Shown here: positions 41,862 through 51,110 of the stretch, piece after piece | Position numbering within the stretch: the stretch's first letter is position 1 | How the letters are laid out: the number at the start of each line of letters is the position of its first letter | Position numbers and translations under genes: made by a program | The notes under the pieces: model-generated | The model's database searches: none | What the model was told of the DNA's origin: nothing | Seen by the model: the letters and a program-made list of their open reading frames with translations, nothing else | Virus record (IMG/VR): IMGVR_UViG_3300039159_000198 | Direction: 5' to 3' (one strand) | Source: a virus | Lineage: Duplodnaviria > Heunggongvirae > Uroviricota > Caudoviricetes | DNA: 64,000 nucleotides

Positions 41862-42371
41862 TTAATCATACTGCAAATATAATTCTTTTTTTTCAAACCA
41901 CAAAGGTTTTTCTCTATTTTTCCAATTGGCAAATCCTGATTTTGCTCCAATATAATAATTTCTGTAAGATTCCGTTACAGAATCAACTTTATATTCGTCT
42001 GGCATCGCTTTCGGTGGTTCAGTAAACCCAATGTCAGAAATACGTGGTTTATTTATTAAACACCACTCAATAACATCTCGAGATTTATGACGTTTACCGT
42101 ATCGATAAGAATATTCATTACATAATTCTAATCCAAGCTCGCACAAATAAAGATAATTGGATAATGAATTCCTTGACCATATTGAACAGGGATGGTTTTT
42201 ATGAGATAACTTGTACGGTACTTGGTCGGTTACTTGGTCGGTTACATGGTCGGTTACATGATGAACCGAACATAATAATTGTGCGGTTTCCAAAATCATT
42301 TTAACAACGTGCTTGTCTACGTGATATTGTGCGGATAAAGTGGGATTTTCATCCAAAAAAAATATATTCAT
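41862..42371 (-). CDS. hypothetical protein with VTDHVTDQVTDQV tandem repeat
   Basis: ORF with 12-bp tandem repeats at ~42225..42262. Confidence 0.45.
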   Translation of the reverse strand: MNIFFLDENPTLSAQYHVDKHVVKMILETAQLLCSVHHVTDHVTDQVTDQVPYKLSHKNHPCSIWSRNSLSNYLYLCELGLELCNEYSYRYGKRHKSRDVIEWCLINKPRISDIGFTEPPKAMPDEYKVDSVTESYRNYYIGAKSGFANWKNREKPLWFEKKELYLQYD

Positions 42372-42569
42372 AATTTTAATAGTTTGGAATAAAAAAAAAT
42401 GTGAAGAAAAAAAAAAACAAGTGAGAGTGATATGGCGAAAAGTAAATTACCAAGATACTATTAGTTAAATAATCGACTTCTCACTTGTGTTAGATAAAGA
42501 TAATTGAGTATTTTTAATATGTCAAACATAAAAAGGTAAAACTTATGGTATTTATGATAAAATTAAGTT

Positions 42570-43496
42570 ATGAGAGTAAATTACGGAATAGGACAATTGT
42601 CGGCATCTGAGAAGTCAGATATATTGGACCAACACAAAAGTTTATACAATGGTTATAGAACAATGCAACCGGAAGTATCCAATACTCAACCATTATATGT
42701 TTATGACGCAGCCGGTGATAAAGACGGACTTGTTGTAAATAATAAAGGTGAAGTGAAAAAATATACAAACTTTGGTATTAACGAAGAAGTTAATAAAAAC
42801 TCAATGTGTGAGTGTGGTGGAGAGATGTATGAAGGTGAATGTATGGAGTGTGGTAATATGATGGGTGAAGGAACCGGACATTTGGATGATATCTACAACC
42901 AAAAAGATTTAAACCTAAAACATGGTGATTTTGACTATGTTGAAGGTGGTGGAAATGATTATGGTACTTTTGAAGGGATGCACAAGAAAGAGTATAAGGA
43001 AGACGATAATGACAAATATGTTAATTATGATGATAATTTTGAAGACACCGATAATGAAGATGATGGATTTGAAGATATGGAATTAGGTAATGAAATTGAA
43101 GAACAAGGTGGAAATGCCCCAGATATGAATACTGATTTTGTGGAACCAGCATACGATTTTGATTCAAATGGACCTGATTCGGTTTATCCTGTAAATGAAT
43201 TTGATGATGAGGAGTATGAATATGAACCAATGAAGTCAGCATGGGATGACGATGATGAAGATGTGTCAGAACAAGATGTATCAGGAACTCAAGGGATTTA
43301 TGGAGATATGGACAAAGCGTATGACTTTGATAGTGATGGTCCGGGTAAAGGTGGTCCATACCAAGAATCATCATATGAAAGTGTGGTCGATGAAGAAGAT
43401 GAATGGGAAGAAATTGACACTGATTTACAAGAAGAGTTTAAAACCCAAAAGAACAAAATTACAGAAATGTTTAATAGAATGAACAAATACAATTAA
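42570..43496 (+). CDS. highly acidic (D/E-rich) protein with N-terminal Cys cluster
   Basis: CECGGEMYEGECMECGN followed by >35% Asp+Glu. A terminator lies at 43502..43528. Confidence 0.5.
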   Translation: MRVNYGIGQLSASEKSDILDQHKSLYNGYRTMQPEVSNTQPLYVYDAAGDKDGLVVNNKGEVKKYTNFGINEEVNKNSMCECGGEMYEGECMECGNMMGEGTGHLDDIYNQKDLNLKHGDFDYVEGGGNDYGTFEGMHKKEYKEDDNDKYVNYDDNFEDTDNEDDGFEDMELGNEIEEQGGNAPDMNTDFVEPAYDFDSNGPDSVYPVNEFDDEEYEYEPMKSAWDDDDEDVSEQDVSGTQGIYGDMDKAYDFDSDGPGKGGPYQESSYESVVDEEDEWEEIDTDLQEEFKTQKNKITEMFNRMNKYN

Positions 43497-43501
43497 AAAG
43501 T

Positions 43502-43528
43502 AACCCCTCCTAATACGAGGGGTTTTTT
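43502..43528 (+). terminator. intrinsic terminator
   Basis: AACCCCTCC taatac GAGGGGTTTTTT. Confidence 0.75.
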
Positions 43529-43566
43529 ATTTATAATATTTTGGTTTTTACTATATTCCATAATAT

Positions 43567-43890
43567 TTGTTAATAAAGAATATTATGGAAATTAAAGAAA
43601 TTGTGTCGTATTATCTAAATGAAGAAACCAATATAGTTGAAGTCTCGTTTAGAACCATTGATGATGAAGAGGATGTATTAAGAAATGATACAATTGATTA
43701 TGCAATCGTGGAAGAGTATGGGTTTGACCTTATAACCGAGTCGTTTGATTTTTTTGGTGATGATGATGAATTTGAGGGTGGTATTCATGAGGAAGAAATT
43801 ATTGAACTAGACGAGGATGAGTTAATCATATTCTTAAATGAATACTATATGGTTAATCCACTACAACTACCAAAGAGTGAGTTTTATTAA
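43567..43890 (+). CDS. acidic hypothetical protein
   Basis: ORF, D/E-rich. Confidence 0.45.
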   Translation: MLIKNIMEIKEIVSYYLNEETNIVEVSFRTIDDEEDVLRNDTIDYAIVEEYGFDLITESFDFFGDDDEFEGGIHEEEIIELDEDELIIFLNEYYMVNPLQLPKSEFY

Positions 43891-43945
43891 AACACTATTT
43901 GATAATATTTGACTATTTATTTAAATAACCTAAAAAATATTAAAA

Positions 43946-44188
43946 ATGACTACAGATATTAACGCTCTAATTGACTTCTTCAAAAAATATACCTCAAATA
44001 ATGAACTAAAGGATGAAATGGGTGAACAAGATGATGCTGGCGCCTCCTCAACCGGTGGCGGTGGGGGGTCTATTCCTAAATGGGAAGACACTTATACAAC
44101 AACAAGAGGTAAATCAAATCCATTAATGAAGTCAGGACAAAAATGGCAAACGGGATTAACTCGTGGTGCCGCCAATCAGATTTGGTAA
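43946..44188 (+). CDS. hypothetical Gly-rich protein
   Basis: ORF. Confidence 0.4.
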   Translation: MTTDINALIDFFKKYTSNNELKDEMGEQDDAGASSTGGGGGSIPKWEDTYTTTRGKSNPLMKSGQKWQTGLTRGAANQIW

Positions 44189-44221
44189 TAACGATATATT
44201 TATAATTAAAATACTTGAGAT

Positions 44222-45268
44222 ATGGTACAACCAAAATATAGCCCTGAAGAGGCTTTACAAAGAATAAAGTTAATGATGGAATATGATTCCTCAAAGACTT
44301 TAGATGAAAATAAAGAAGTTATTTCAGAACAATATGTTGCACCCGCAGCAGTAGGAACTGCGGTAGGAGCAGCGGCTGGTGCTGGATTAGGAGCGACAGG
44401 TGTTTTAGGTGCTGTAGGTACCCAATTACCCGCCATTTATGGGGCAACAGCGCTTGCTGCAGCAGAAGGTACAGGAGTTGCAGGTGTTTTAGGTACATCT
44501 CTTGGTATTAGTGCGGCTTCCGCAGGAGCCATTGTTGGGGGTGCGGCAGCATTAGCTGTTTTACCGTTAGTTTATTGGTTAGTAACTAAAGATGACGGAA
44601 TGGGTAAAGTTAAGAAAATATTTGAAATGTGTTCATCAAATTCTGTTAACATTGCCAAATTACCTCGTAAATTACAGGATACTGATTTACGTTCAATGAC
44701 GGATAGTATTGAGGACGCACTTGTAAATGATAGTTACGGATTTCAGGGAGGGACAGATGAAGAAAAATTATTTGGAACCTTTAAAAAACTTGAATCGGGT
44801 ACAGCATCTGATTTTTGTGCGTTAGTTAAATATTATAACAAAAACTCAGATAGTGGTGACTTATTCGATGATTTAGATAGTGATATTGATTCAGAATCTG
44901 AGTGGAAACAAATATATCGACCAATAAGAAATTGTGTTGAAGATTCTCTATTGTCGATAAAAGACGTGGCTCCGGTAAAAACAGGAGATAGTAAAAAGAA
45001 AAAAGTGGGTGGTGGTTATAAACCATGTTCAGGTACATATTCTTTTGGTTGTAAATCAAATGCAATTGCAAAAGTACAAGGATGTTTAGGATTAACCACT
45101 GACGGTAAATTTGGTAAATTAACTAAATCTGCATTAAGTGGTAAAGGATTTACATCATTTACAGATGCTGATATCACTAAAATATGTAACAAACCAATTG
45201 TTCCATCAGTTGAACCTGAAGTTTCAGGTGAGGATGTATCATTAGACCCATCAAATACAAATTTTTAA
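44222..45268 (+). CDS. Ala/Gly-rich membrane protein (glycine-zipper-like segment)
   Basis: AVGTAVGAAAGAGLGATGVLGAVG...ALAVLPLVYWLV. Confidence 0.5.
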   Translation: MVQPKYSPEEALQRIKLMMEYDSSKTLDENKEVISEQYVAPAAVGTAVGAAAGAGLGATGVLGAVGTQLPAIYGATALAAAEGTGVAGVLGTSLGISAASAGAIVGGAAALAVLPLVYWLVTKDDGMGKVKKIFEMCSSNSVNIAKLPRKLQDTDLRSMTDSIEDALVNDSYGFQGGTDEEKLFGTFKKLESGTASDFCALVKYYNKNSDSGDLFDDLDSDIDSESEWKQIYRPIRNCVEDSLLSIKDVAPVKTGDSKKKKVGGGYKPCSGTYSFGCKSNAIAKVQGCLGLTTDGKFGKLTKSALSGKGFTSFTDADITKICNKPIVPSVEPEVSGEDVSLDPSNTNF

Positions 45269-45280
45269 AATAATATAATT

Positions 45281-46258
45281 ATGAAATTTAACATAACTGA
45301 AACTGATATTAAAAACATATTAGAAATGCATTCTGATATGAAGAAAAAAATAATCACAGAACAAATTGGTAATTCGGGTATAGACTCTCAACTACAGGTA
45401 TTTGTTGATAATGGTTGTGTGGTTAATGGGGTTGTTACTCCAATGACAACAACAAACCCTCAAAAAAAATTCGCAATAAAACAAGAAAGTACCAAAACAC
45501 CAGGTAAATTTAGATATTATTTTATTGATTTTTCTTATGGAACCATAGAAAATGGTGAATTTGTTATGGGTACTACCAAATGGAAGTGTAATTCAAAATC
45601 AATTGACGACAAAACAAATCAAACCACAAATATTAGTAGAACTAAAGAGGAAGGTGATTGGAAAGAAATTAAAGATATAACCGACACTGTTGAGAATATT
45701 AATAACCCTAAAATGTACGAGAAGAAAGTAGTAAATGGGGTTACTCTATACCGAAGTATTGTTAGTCGTGGTATTGCATCCGGTTTAACTGAAGTTCAAA
45801 AAAATCTAATAAAAAAATATATTGATAAAGGGTATAAATTAAGGAAAGATTTAGATTCTGAAGAAAGTAAAACTTGGCAGTCTGAAGTTGTTAGTCCGGC
45901 AAGTGAAGGAATTTTTTCACAAGATTTAATTATGTACTTCTCACCATCTAATGTTGTTGGTGCTGCTGGAACTAGTATTGAAGACCAATTTAATAAAGCG
46001 ATTAATAGTCAAACTCCAACAAGTAAAGGTGATTGTAGAGATACTATAAAGGCCTATTATGAAGCTTGGAAAACTAAAAAACGAATTGAACCAAACACAT
46101 TTAATCCAATGAAATCAAAAGTACAGGCATGTGCTAATGAGTTTGAAGGTAAGTGGGGAGGAGTTCTTAGTTCAATAGATAACTATATTACAACTTTAAG
46201 AGGTGGTTCAGGAGGACCATTATCCTATGGTGACGACGCTAAATGGAGATTGAAATAA
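45281..46258 (+). CDS. hypothetical protein, ITE-leader family (MKFNITETDIKNILEM)
   Basis: leader motif. Confidence 0.5.
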   Translation: MKFNITETDIKNILEMHSDMKKKIITEQIGNSGIDSQLQVFVDNGCVVNGVVTPMTTTNPQKKFAIKQESTKTPGKFRYYFIDFSYGTIENGEFVMGTTKWKCNSKSIDDKTNQTTNISRTKEEGDWKEIKDITDTVENINNPKMYEKKVVNGVTLYRSIVSRGIASGLTEVQKNLIKKYIDKGYKLRKDLDSEESKTWQSEVVSPASEGIFSQDLIMYFSPSNVVGAAGTSIEDQFNKAINSQTPTSKGDCRDTIKAYYEAWKTKKRIEPNTFNPMKSKVQACANEFEGKWGGVLSSIDNYITTLRGGSGGPLSYGDDAKWRLK

Positions 46259-46914
46259 TGTTAGAAAAAAATATAAAAAAGGCCCTATTAGAGGCTAAAG
46301 ACAACAAAGAGAAACTTTTAATTGAAGAAAATTTGGTTAAAAGTAGAATATTAATGATTGTTGAATCTGAAAGTAATATTAAGAATTTTAAAAAATTACC
46401 TAAGAGAAAACAAGAAGTAATTGCATACACACTTATAGAAGAAATTCGTTTTTTAAGTGAAAACAATATACTAAACGAACAATTAATGGATGTTTTAGGT
46501 AAATTATTCGGTAGTAATGGTTTAAGTTCTATTACTCAAACTATCGTTGAGCCGATGGTTAGTTCTTTATTAAGTAAACTTGGATTAGGCGGGTTTTTTA
46601 AAAACTTTTTAACCTCATTTTTAGTTTCAGACCCAAGAAGATTGGCGAGTGCTCTTAAAAGTTGTGAGGAATTATCAAAATTAATTGCAGAAACATTGTC
46701 CGAAGCACTTGTAATGATGTTAGGTGAAAAGGCAGGTCTTGAAGGTAAGGGTTACTCATTTATGAGAAATGCTTTGGGTGGTGCGGTAAAAGACACTCAT
46801 TTTATTTCTAATTTAGAAAAACAATTGGCCTCTACTGTTTGTGGAGTATTCAACGGTTTTAATCAAAAAGCCACTCAGGTGTATAATAAATTACAACCTG
46901 CAGTTACGACATAA
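46243..46914 (+). CDS. hypothetical protein
   Basis: ORF. Confidence 0.5.
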   Translation: MEIEIMLEKNIKKALLEAKDNKEKLLIEENLVKSRILMIVESESNIKNFKKLPKRKQEVIAYTLIEEIRFLSENNILNEQLMDVLGKLFGSNGLSSITQTIVEPMVSSLLSKLGLGGFFKNFLTSFLVSDPRRLASALKSCEELSKLIAETLSEALVMMLGEKAGLEGKGYSFMRNALGGAVKDTHFISNLEKQLASTVCGVFNGFNQKATQVYNKLQPAVTT

Positions 46915-47026
46915 TGGGACTAAAAATCCATTATATAAATTAGATTTTAAAAACAAGGGGGGTGTTTAACTTATCTAAAAAAAAAAGAAGGTAGTAATAC
47001 CTTCTTTTTTCATTTAACAACAATTC

Positions 47027-47773
47027 CTATTTTCGTTTAAGAATTTCTTTTTCATAATAGTCATCAAAACCAACCATCATATCTGTCATTGATTGATTTT
47101 TCTCAAGACCAACAATTTTATCAATTAACCCAAATTCAAGTGCTTCGTCCGAATTAAACCATTTATCGTTTCTTGATGATTCAAGCATCTCATCAAAGGT
47201 TTTACCACAGTTCTCCGCTAATATTTTAAATAATAAATAATTATACTTTTCAGCTTCAAGTTGACCAATTCTGGTATCTTGAACATTTCCAGTAGTTCCG
47301 TGTGATACCATGTGAGTCATTACTTTTGAATAAATCAAAGAAGACCTTTTACCTTTAGTACCTGAAGATAGTAATACTGAACCCATAGACGCACACATAC
47401 CAATATTGGTTGTTGCAACATCAGCAGTAATAAAGTTCATGGTATCTCTAATACCTAACCCACTCAATACACTTCCTCCGGGTGTTTGTAAGTACAAGTT
47501 GATGTCTTTTTTCTTATTCAAATTATCCAAGAAAATAAGTTGAGATTGGATAATATCACCCATTCTGTCATCAACGGGACCTGAAGCCCATAGAATTCTA
47601 TCCATCATAAGTCTTGAAAAAATATCCATTTGTGTAACCCTCATTTCTCTTTCTTCCAAAATGTATGGAGTCATGGAGTTTTGAATATGGTTATTAAAGT
47701 TGTGTAAATCCAACGACGGTTTACCTAAATGTTTTGTGTAATAACTTTGAAATTCTTGTCCTATGTTCATCAT
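47027..47773 (-). CDS. clpP: ClpP-family serine protease
   Basis: catalytic Ser context GMCASMGS, His context MTHMVSHG and Asp context NSDEALEFGLIDKI. A minus-strand promoter box lies at ~47785. Confidence 0.85.
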   Translation of the reverse strand: MMNIGQEFQSYYTKHLGKPSLDLHNFNNHIQNSMTPYILEEREMRVTQMDIFSRLMMDRILWASGPVDDRMGDIIQSQLIFLDNLNKKKDINLYLQTPGGSVLSGLGIRDTMNFITADVATTNIGMCASMGSVLLSSGTKGKRSSLIYSKVMTHMVSHGTTGNVQDTRIGQLEAEKYNYLLFKILAENCGKTFDEMLESSRNDKWFNSDEALEFGLIDKIVGLEKNQSMTDMMVGFDDYYEKEILKRK

Positions 47774-47831
47774 ATGTTTTAATTTTTTACAAAGATATGT
47801 AATAATAAATCAACCACCAAAAAAAAAATTA

Positions 47832-48164
47832 TTATTCTTCGGTTTTTGTTACGATTTCAGGGTCATTTACCTCAATATCTGATGGGTCGATTTCTTCGTT
47901 ATTCTCATCACCATTCATACTAACGGCAGTTCCTTCCGGTAAATCTTGTTCACATTTATAAATGTGAATTTGTTCGTTTTGACTAAATACAATAACTTTC
48001 TTTGCATCGTCATTCAGTTTTACGTCTCCTTTAATATCAACGACCACACCTTCTCCGTCTTGAAAGATTAAACCTAACGCTCTTGCGAAGATTAATGATG
48101 CGTTAAGTAAATCTTGAACGTCTTGTTTTGTGTCCCCTTGTTCTGGGTTTGTATAATTTTCCAT
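47832..48164 (-). CDS. acidic hypothetical protein
   Basis: ORF. Confidence 0.4.
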   Translation of the reverse strand: MENYTNPEQGDTKQDVQDLLNASLIFARALGLIFQDGEGVVVDIKGDVKLNDDAKKVIVFSQNEQIHIYKCEQDLPEGTAVSMNGDENNEEIDPSDIEVNDPEIVTKTEE

Positions 48165-48273
48165 ATAATAAGTTTTTCCAAAATTTAAGAAAAACTTTTA
48201 ATAAAAAAAAGAGCGATGGAATGTTTTATCTTATTTTTATTTTATATCTTTGTCAAAATTAAATTATATAATT

Positions 48274-48528
48274 ATGCCATATTTTAGTACATATGTTGAT
48301 ATTGAACCGGGTGAATACATCGATAATTGTTCAGGTTCAGAGATTAAAGAATTAATTAACATTCTTGTTGAGGAGGGACATTTGGATGGAGAGCCTGTCA
48401 CATCTGACGGACATCACAACTTATTGGACGAGGAATGGGTAAAGATAATTAGTAAATTATCCAAGTCCCGATTATTGTTATCCAATGATGAGGAAGAGAT
48501 TATTAGAAATATCTCAAATAGATTATAA
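48274..48528 (+). CDS. hypothetical protein
   Basis: start moved to MPYFSTY, downstream of the TATCTTTG box at ~48242. Confidence 0.4.
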   Translation: MPYFSTYVDIEPGEYIDNCSGSEIKELINILVEEGHLDGEPVTSDGHHNLLDEEWVKIISKLSKSRLLLSNDEEEIIRNISNRL

Positions 48529-48917
48529 GTAAAAAATATATGGGTAAATTTAACGCTAAAGTGTTTTTAGATGAAAAACAAGAAGAACATTATAAGAAGT
48601 TTGGTGTTTATGCCGACACTAATAGTAAGATTGCCGAATGGATAGAAGAGTACCATAAAATCGAATTAGAAAAAATAATACAAAAAAACTTGACAATTGT
48701 GTAAACTTTTTGTAAGTTTGTGATAGTTATTAAAAACACAGGTAGAAATACCTAAAAAAAAGAAAAATGAAAAACACTAATAAACATATGAACGTCGTGA
48801 TTTGGAATCAACAATTTAGTAATTGTTCGTATCCGCGTATCTCTCATACAAGTTCAGATAGTTTATCAAGTGATTTAACAACAATATAAGGTAGTTAAAC
48901 CGACAACACAAGATAAG

Positions 48918-48951
48918 AATCCTGAACTCAAAAAGTTCAGGATTTTTTTTT
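48918..48951 (+). terminator. intrinsic terminator preceding the tRNA array
   Basis: AATCCTGAACT caaaa AGTTCAGGATTTTTTTTT. Confidence 0.75.
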
Positions 48952-48960
48952 ATAAAAAAG

Positions 48961-48991
48961 TTTGGTAGAATGAAAATAAGGATTACCTTTG
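48961..48991 (+). promoter_or_regulatory. Bacteroidetes-type promoter (TTTG / TAccTTTG) driving the first tRNA array
   Basis: TTTGgtagaatgaaaataaggatTACCTTTG, ~50 nt upstream of tRNA-Ser. Confidence 0.55.
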
Positions 48992-49039
48992 TCCCATCAA
49001 AATAAAGGAACGTTATTTGACATATTGATAAAGAAAAAT

Positions 49040-49127
49040 GGAGAGTGAAGCAGTGCCATGGAGGTGCGACTAGTCTTGAAAACTAGGTCCCGTTCATTCG
49101 GGTGGGGTTCGAGTCCTCCGCTCTCCG
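49040..49127 (+). tRNA. tRNA-Ser (anticodon TGA), class II
   Basis: 7-bp acceptor GGAGAGT/GCTCTCC, anticodon stem CTAGT/ACTAG with loop CTTGAAA, long variable arm CCCG-ttcatt-CGGG, T-loop TTCGAGT. Confidence 0.75.
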
Positions 49128-49309
49128 CGGGTTAGTTAATATTTTATTCTACACCCAAAATAGAAGGCAGTCCGGAGTGACTGATGATGAACGTAATTGT
49201 GGTAATCGTTCTTTAACTAAAAATATCTTACCTGTTCGTATAAAAGTGGTACACTTGTCTTTGACACAAGCGGAAGAGGAGCGTTACCTCTACAGGTTAC
49301 AAAAAATAG

Positions 49310-49391
49310 GGTCAGATGCTAGAGTGGTTAAATAGGTTAGTCTGCAAAACTAATGACATCGTCATCGTCGGTTCGAATCCGACTCTGACCT
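49310..49391 (+). tRNA. tRNA with anticodon GCA (Cys) and an unusual 13-nt variable region
   Basis: acceptor GGTCAGA/TCTGACC, anticodon stem TTAGT/ACTAA with loop CTGCAAA, T-arm GTCGG-TTCGAAT-CCGAC, variable region TGACATCGTCATC. Confidence 0.5.
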
Positions 49392-49398
49392 CAAAAAA

Positions 49399-49470
49399 CG
49401 GGGTGTATTCTCGGAGTGAGAAGCCTGCCTTGGACGCAGGAAGCGGGAAGTGCAACTCTTCTCACCCCGA
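49399..49470 (+). tRNA. tRNA-Pro (anticodon TGG)
   Basis: C1-G72 acceptor CGGGGTG/CACCCCG, D-stem TTCT/AGAA, anticodon stem CCTGC/GCAGG with loop CTTGGAC, T-loop TGCAACT. Confidence 0.6.
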
Positions 49471-49540
49471 CTATTATTAGTCGTAATAAAAATATTTGGT
49501 TCAAATACGACTTTTACGACATATGAATATATTTATATAT

Positions 49541-50074
49541 ATGGAAGAAATTATTAAAAATTGTAAAACAATATCTGAGGCGGTTAGAAATACTCTTGGA
49601 TATGATAATGGTAGAACTAGAAAAAAATTTTTGTCTATTGTTGAAGAACAAAACTTGGATATTACACATTTAAGGTCTAAATCCTTTTTATATGAAAGGG
49701 TTATTAAAAAATGTCCTGTATGTGGTAAAGAATTTGAGGATTTAGTTGGACACCAAAAACAAAAAACAACTTGTTCATATTCTTGTTCTAATACATATTT
49801 TAGAAGTGGGACATCAAACCCCAATTGGAAAAATGATAGTTATAGGTCAACTTGTTTTGATAATCATAAAAAGGAATGTATAATTTGTGGTGAAAATAAA
49901 ATTGTGGCGGTACACCACTATGATGAAAATAGAAATAATAATAAATCAGAAAATTTAATTCCATTGTGCCCAACACACCATCAATATGTACATTCAAGAT
50001 ATAAAAGTGAAGTTATAGGAACAATAAACAAATATCGTGAAGAATTTATAACAAAAAATAATTTGACTTCGTAA
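49541..50074 (+). CDS. HNH endonuclease inserted between tRNA genes
   Basis: CPVCGKE...CIICGENKIVAVHHYDENRNNNKSENLIPLCPTHHQYVH (HNH motif). The start was moved to MEEIIKN. Confidence 0.7.
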   Translation: MEEIIKNCKTISEAVRNTLGYDNGRTRKKFLSIVEEQNLDITHLRSKSFLYERVIKKCPVCGKEFEDLVGHQKQKTTCSYSCSNTYFRSGTSNPNWKNDSYRSTCFDNHKKECIICGENKIVAVHHYDENRNNNKSENLIPLCPTHHQYVHSRYKSEVIGTINKYREEFITKNNLTS

Positions 50075-50077
50075 CTC

Positions 50078-50165
50078 AGTTGGTATATTACCAAACTTTT
50101 AGTTTGGGAATCACACATTCTCGACGAAGGGTTCGGTGGAAACCCAAGAATAGATGATGAATCTA
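50078..50165 (+). ncRNA. tRNA-like remnant (canonical D-loop AGTTGGTA and a TTT-anticodon stem-loop CCAAA-CTTTTAG-TTTGG) lacking a foldable D-stem and T-arm
   Basis: CTTCGT...ACGAAG acceptor-like pairing but no canonical T-arm, so likely a degenerate tRNA-Lys. Confidence 0.3.
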
Positions 50166-50308
50166 TGTCCACCACATTCTCCCTTGAAACATTAAGGTGA
50201 TGTACTAAACTTTTAATTTAGGAAAACAGGGTCAGTACCTGTCAGGGGAACGAGGAGACTGTTATTAATTCATAGTCCTGATGGAGAAGGAATCATAGAA
50301 TTAAATTT

Positions 50309-50379
50309 ACCTCGTTGGCGTAATAGAAGCGTATTTGTCTTACATACAAATGGAGGTGGAGCGTAACCATCACGAGGTA
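50309..50379 (+). tRNA. tRNA-Val-like (anticodon TAC) with non-canonical T-loop AGCGTAA
   Basis: acceptor ACCTCGT/ACGAGGT, D-stem GCGT/GCGT (G-U pairs), anticodon stem TTTGT/ACAAA with loop CTTACAT, T-arm GGTGG-AGCGTAA-CCATC. Confidence 0.45.
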
Positions 50380-50384
50380 CAAAA

Positions 50385-50458
50385 GGGAACAACAGGCAAG
50401 GTGCCGAGCAGGTCTGTAAAACCTCACTGGGTTGGTTCGATTCCAACTGTTCCCACCA
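50385..50458 (+). tRNA. tRNA-Tyr-like (anticodon GTA) with genomically encoded CCA
   Basis: acceptor GGGAACA/TGTTCCC followed by ACCA, perfect T-arm GTTGG-TTCGATT-CCAAC, anticodon loop CTGTAAA on a 4-bp stem AGGT/ACCT, weak D-arm. Confidence 0.5.
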
Positions 50459-50507
50459 ATAATTAAAACACACTTGAACATTTTAATTAGTCGGTATATT
50501 TATAGGT

Positions 50508-50984
50508 ATGGGAGACATATACATAACAAAAGACCAATTGCTTAAAAAGATGAAAGTAACTGAACAATCTGAAAAGAAGGGTGAAGATAAATCACCTGAA
50601 CTAACCGAAACAGGTAACATAGGTAATTTAATTTCAACATTATTACATTCAAGAAACCAAGCACATGTATTTCATTGGCAAACAAAATCAAACTCATCTT
50701 TTGCCGAACATATGGCATTAGGGGGATATTATGATGGGATTGTTGAACTAATGGATGGACTTGTGGAAAGTTACCAAGGAAAACACGACATTATCACAGG
50801 TTATAACTCTTCAAAACTTGAGGATTATAAAGGTGTTGAACAATTAATTTCGTACTTTAAATCAATAGATTCTCAAATTGAGAAAGACCGAAAAAGTGTT
50901 AAAGAATCATACCTTCAAAATCAAATCGATACCATTCAGGAATTGATTTATTCTACGTTGTATAAATTAAGATTTTTAAAATAA
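50508..50984 (+). CDS. Dps/ferritin-like DNA-binding protein
   Basis: IGNLISTLLHSRNQAHVFHWQTKSNSSFAEHMALGGYYDGIVELMDGLVES matches the Dps helix A/B pattern (L..LL...H..HW...G..F...H......E..D.L.E). Confidence 0.5.
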   Translation: MGDIYITKDQLLKKMKVTEQSEKKGEDKSPELTETGNIGNLISTLLHSRNQAHVFHWQTKSNSSFAEHMALGGYYDGIVELMDGLVESYQGKHDIITGYNSSKLEDYKGVEQLISYFKSIDSQIEKDRKSVKESYLQNQIDTIQELIYSTLYKLRFLK

Positions 50985-51048
50985 GAGAATAGTGTTTTCA
51001 TACTAATCCCTCTGATTAAAAGTCGGGGGGATTTTTTTTATAAAAAAG

Positions 51049-51079
51049 TTTGGTGGAATGAAAAAAAGTATTATCTTTG
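51049..51079 (+). promoter_or_regulatory. Bacteroidetes-type promoter (TTTG / TATCTTTG) for the tRNA-Phe array
   Basis: TTTGgtggaatgaaaaaaagtatTATCTTTG, 32 nt upstream of tRNA-Phe. Confidence 0.55.
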
Positions 51080-51110
51080 TACTCACAAAAGAAAACAATT
51101 ATCATTATTT

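Noticed and set aside
41862-42371. Possible T4 endonuclease V (pyrimidine-dimer glycosylase) assignment for 41862..42371
   Set aside because: Only a vague N-terminal resemblance (MNIFFLDENPTLSAQYHVDKHV versus [21 protein letters not shown]). That is insufficient, so the gene is left as hypothetical.
43021-43492. ORFs 43021..43374(-), 43246..43482(+), 43298..43492(-) with His- or Ser-rich repeats
   Set aside because: They are out-of-frame or antisense readings of the GAT/GAA-rich acidic protein gene 42570..43496.
50070-50460. tmRNA hypothesis for the ~390-nt ORF-free stretch ending in a tRNA-like 3' end with encoded CCA
   Set aside because: The 3' tRNA-like domain lacks the G3-U70 Ala identity pair. 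No tag-reading frame or tmRNA pseudoknot pattern was found. The region is better explained as a Val-like tRNA plus a Tyr-like tRNA and debris.
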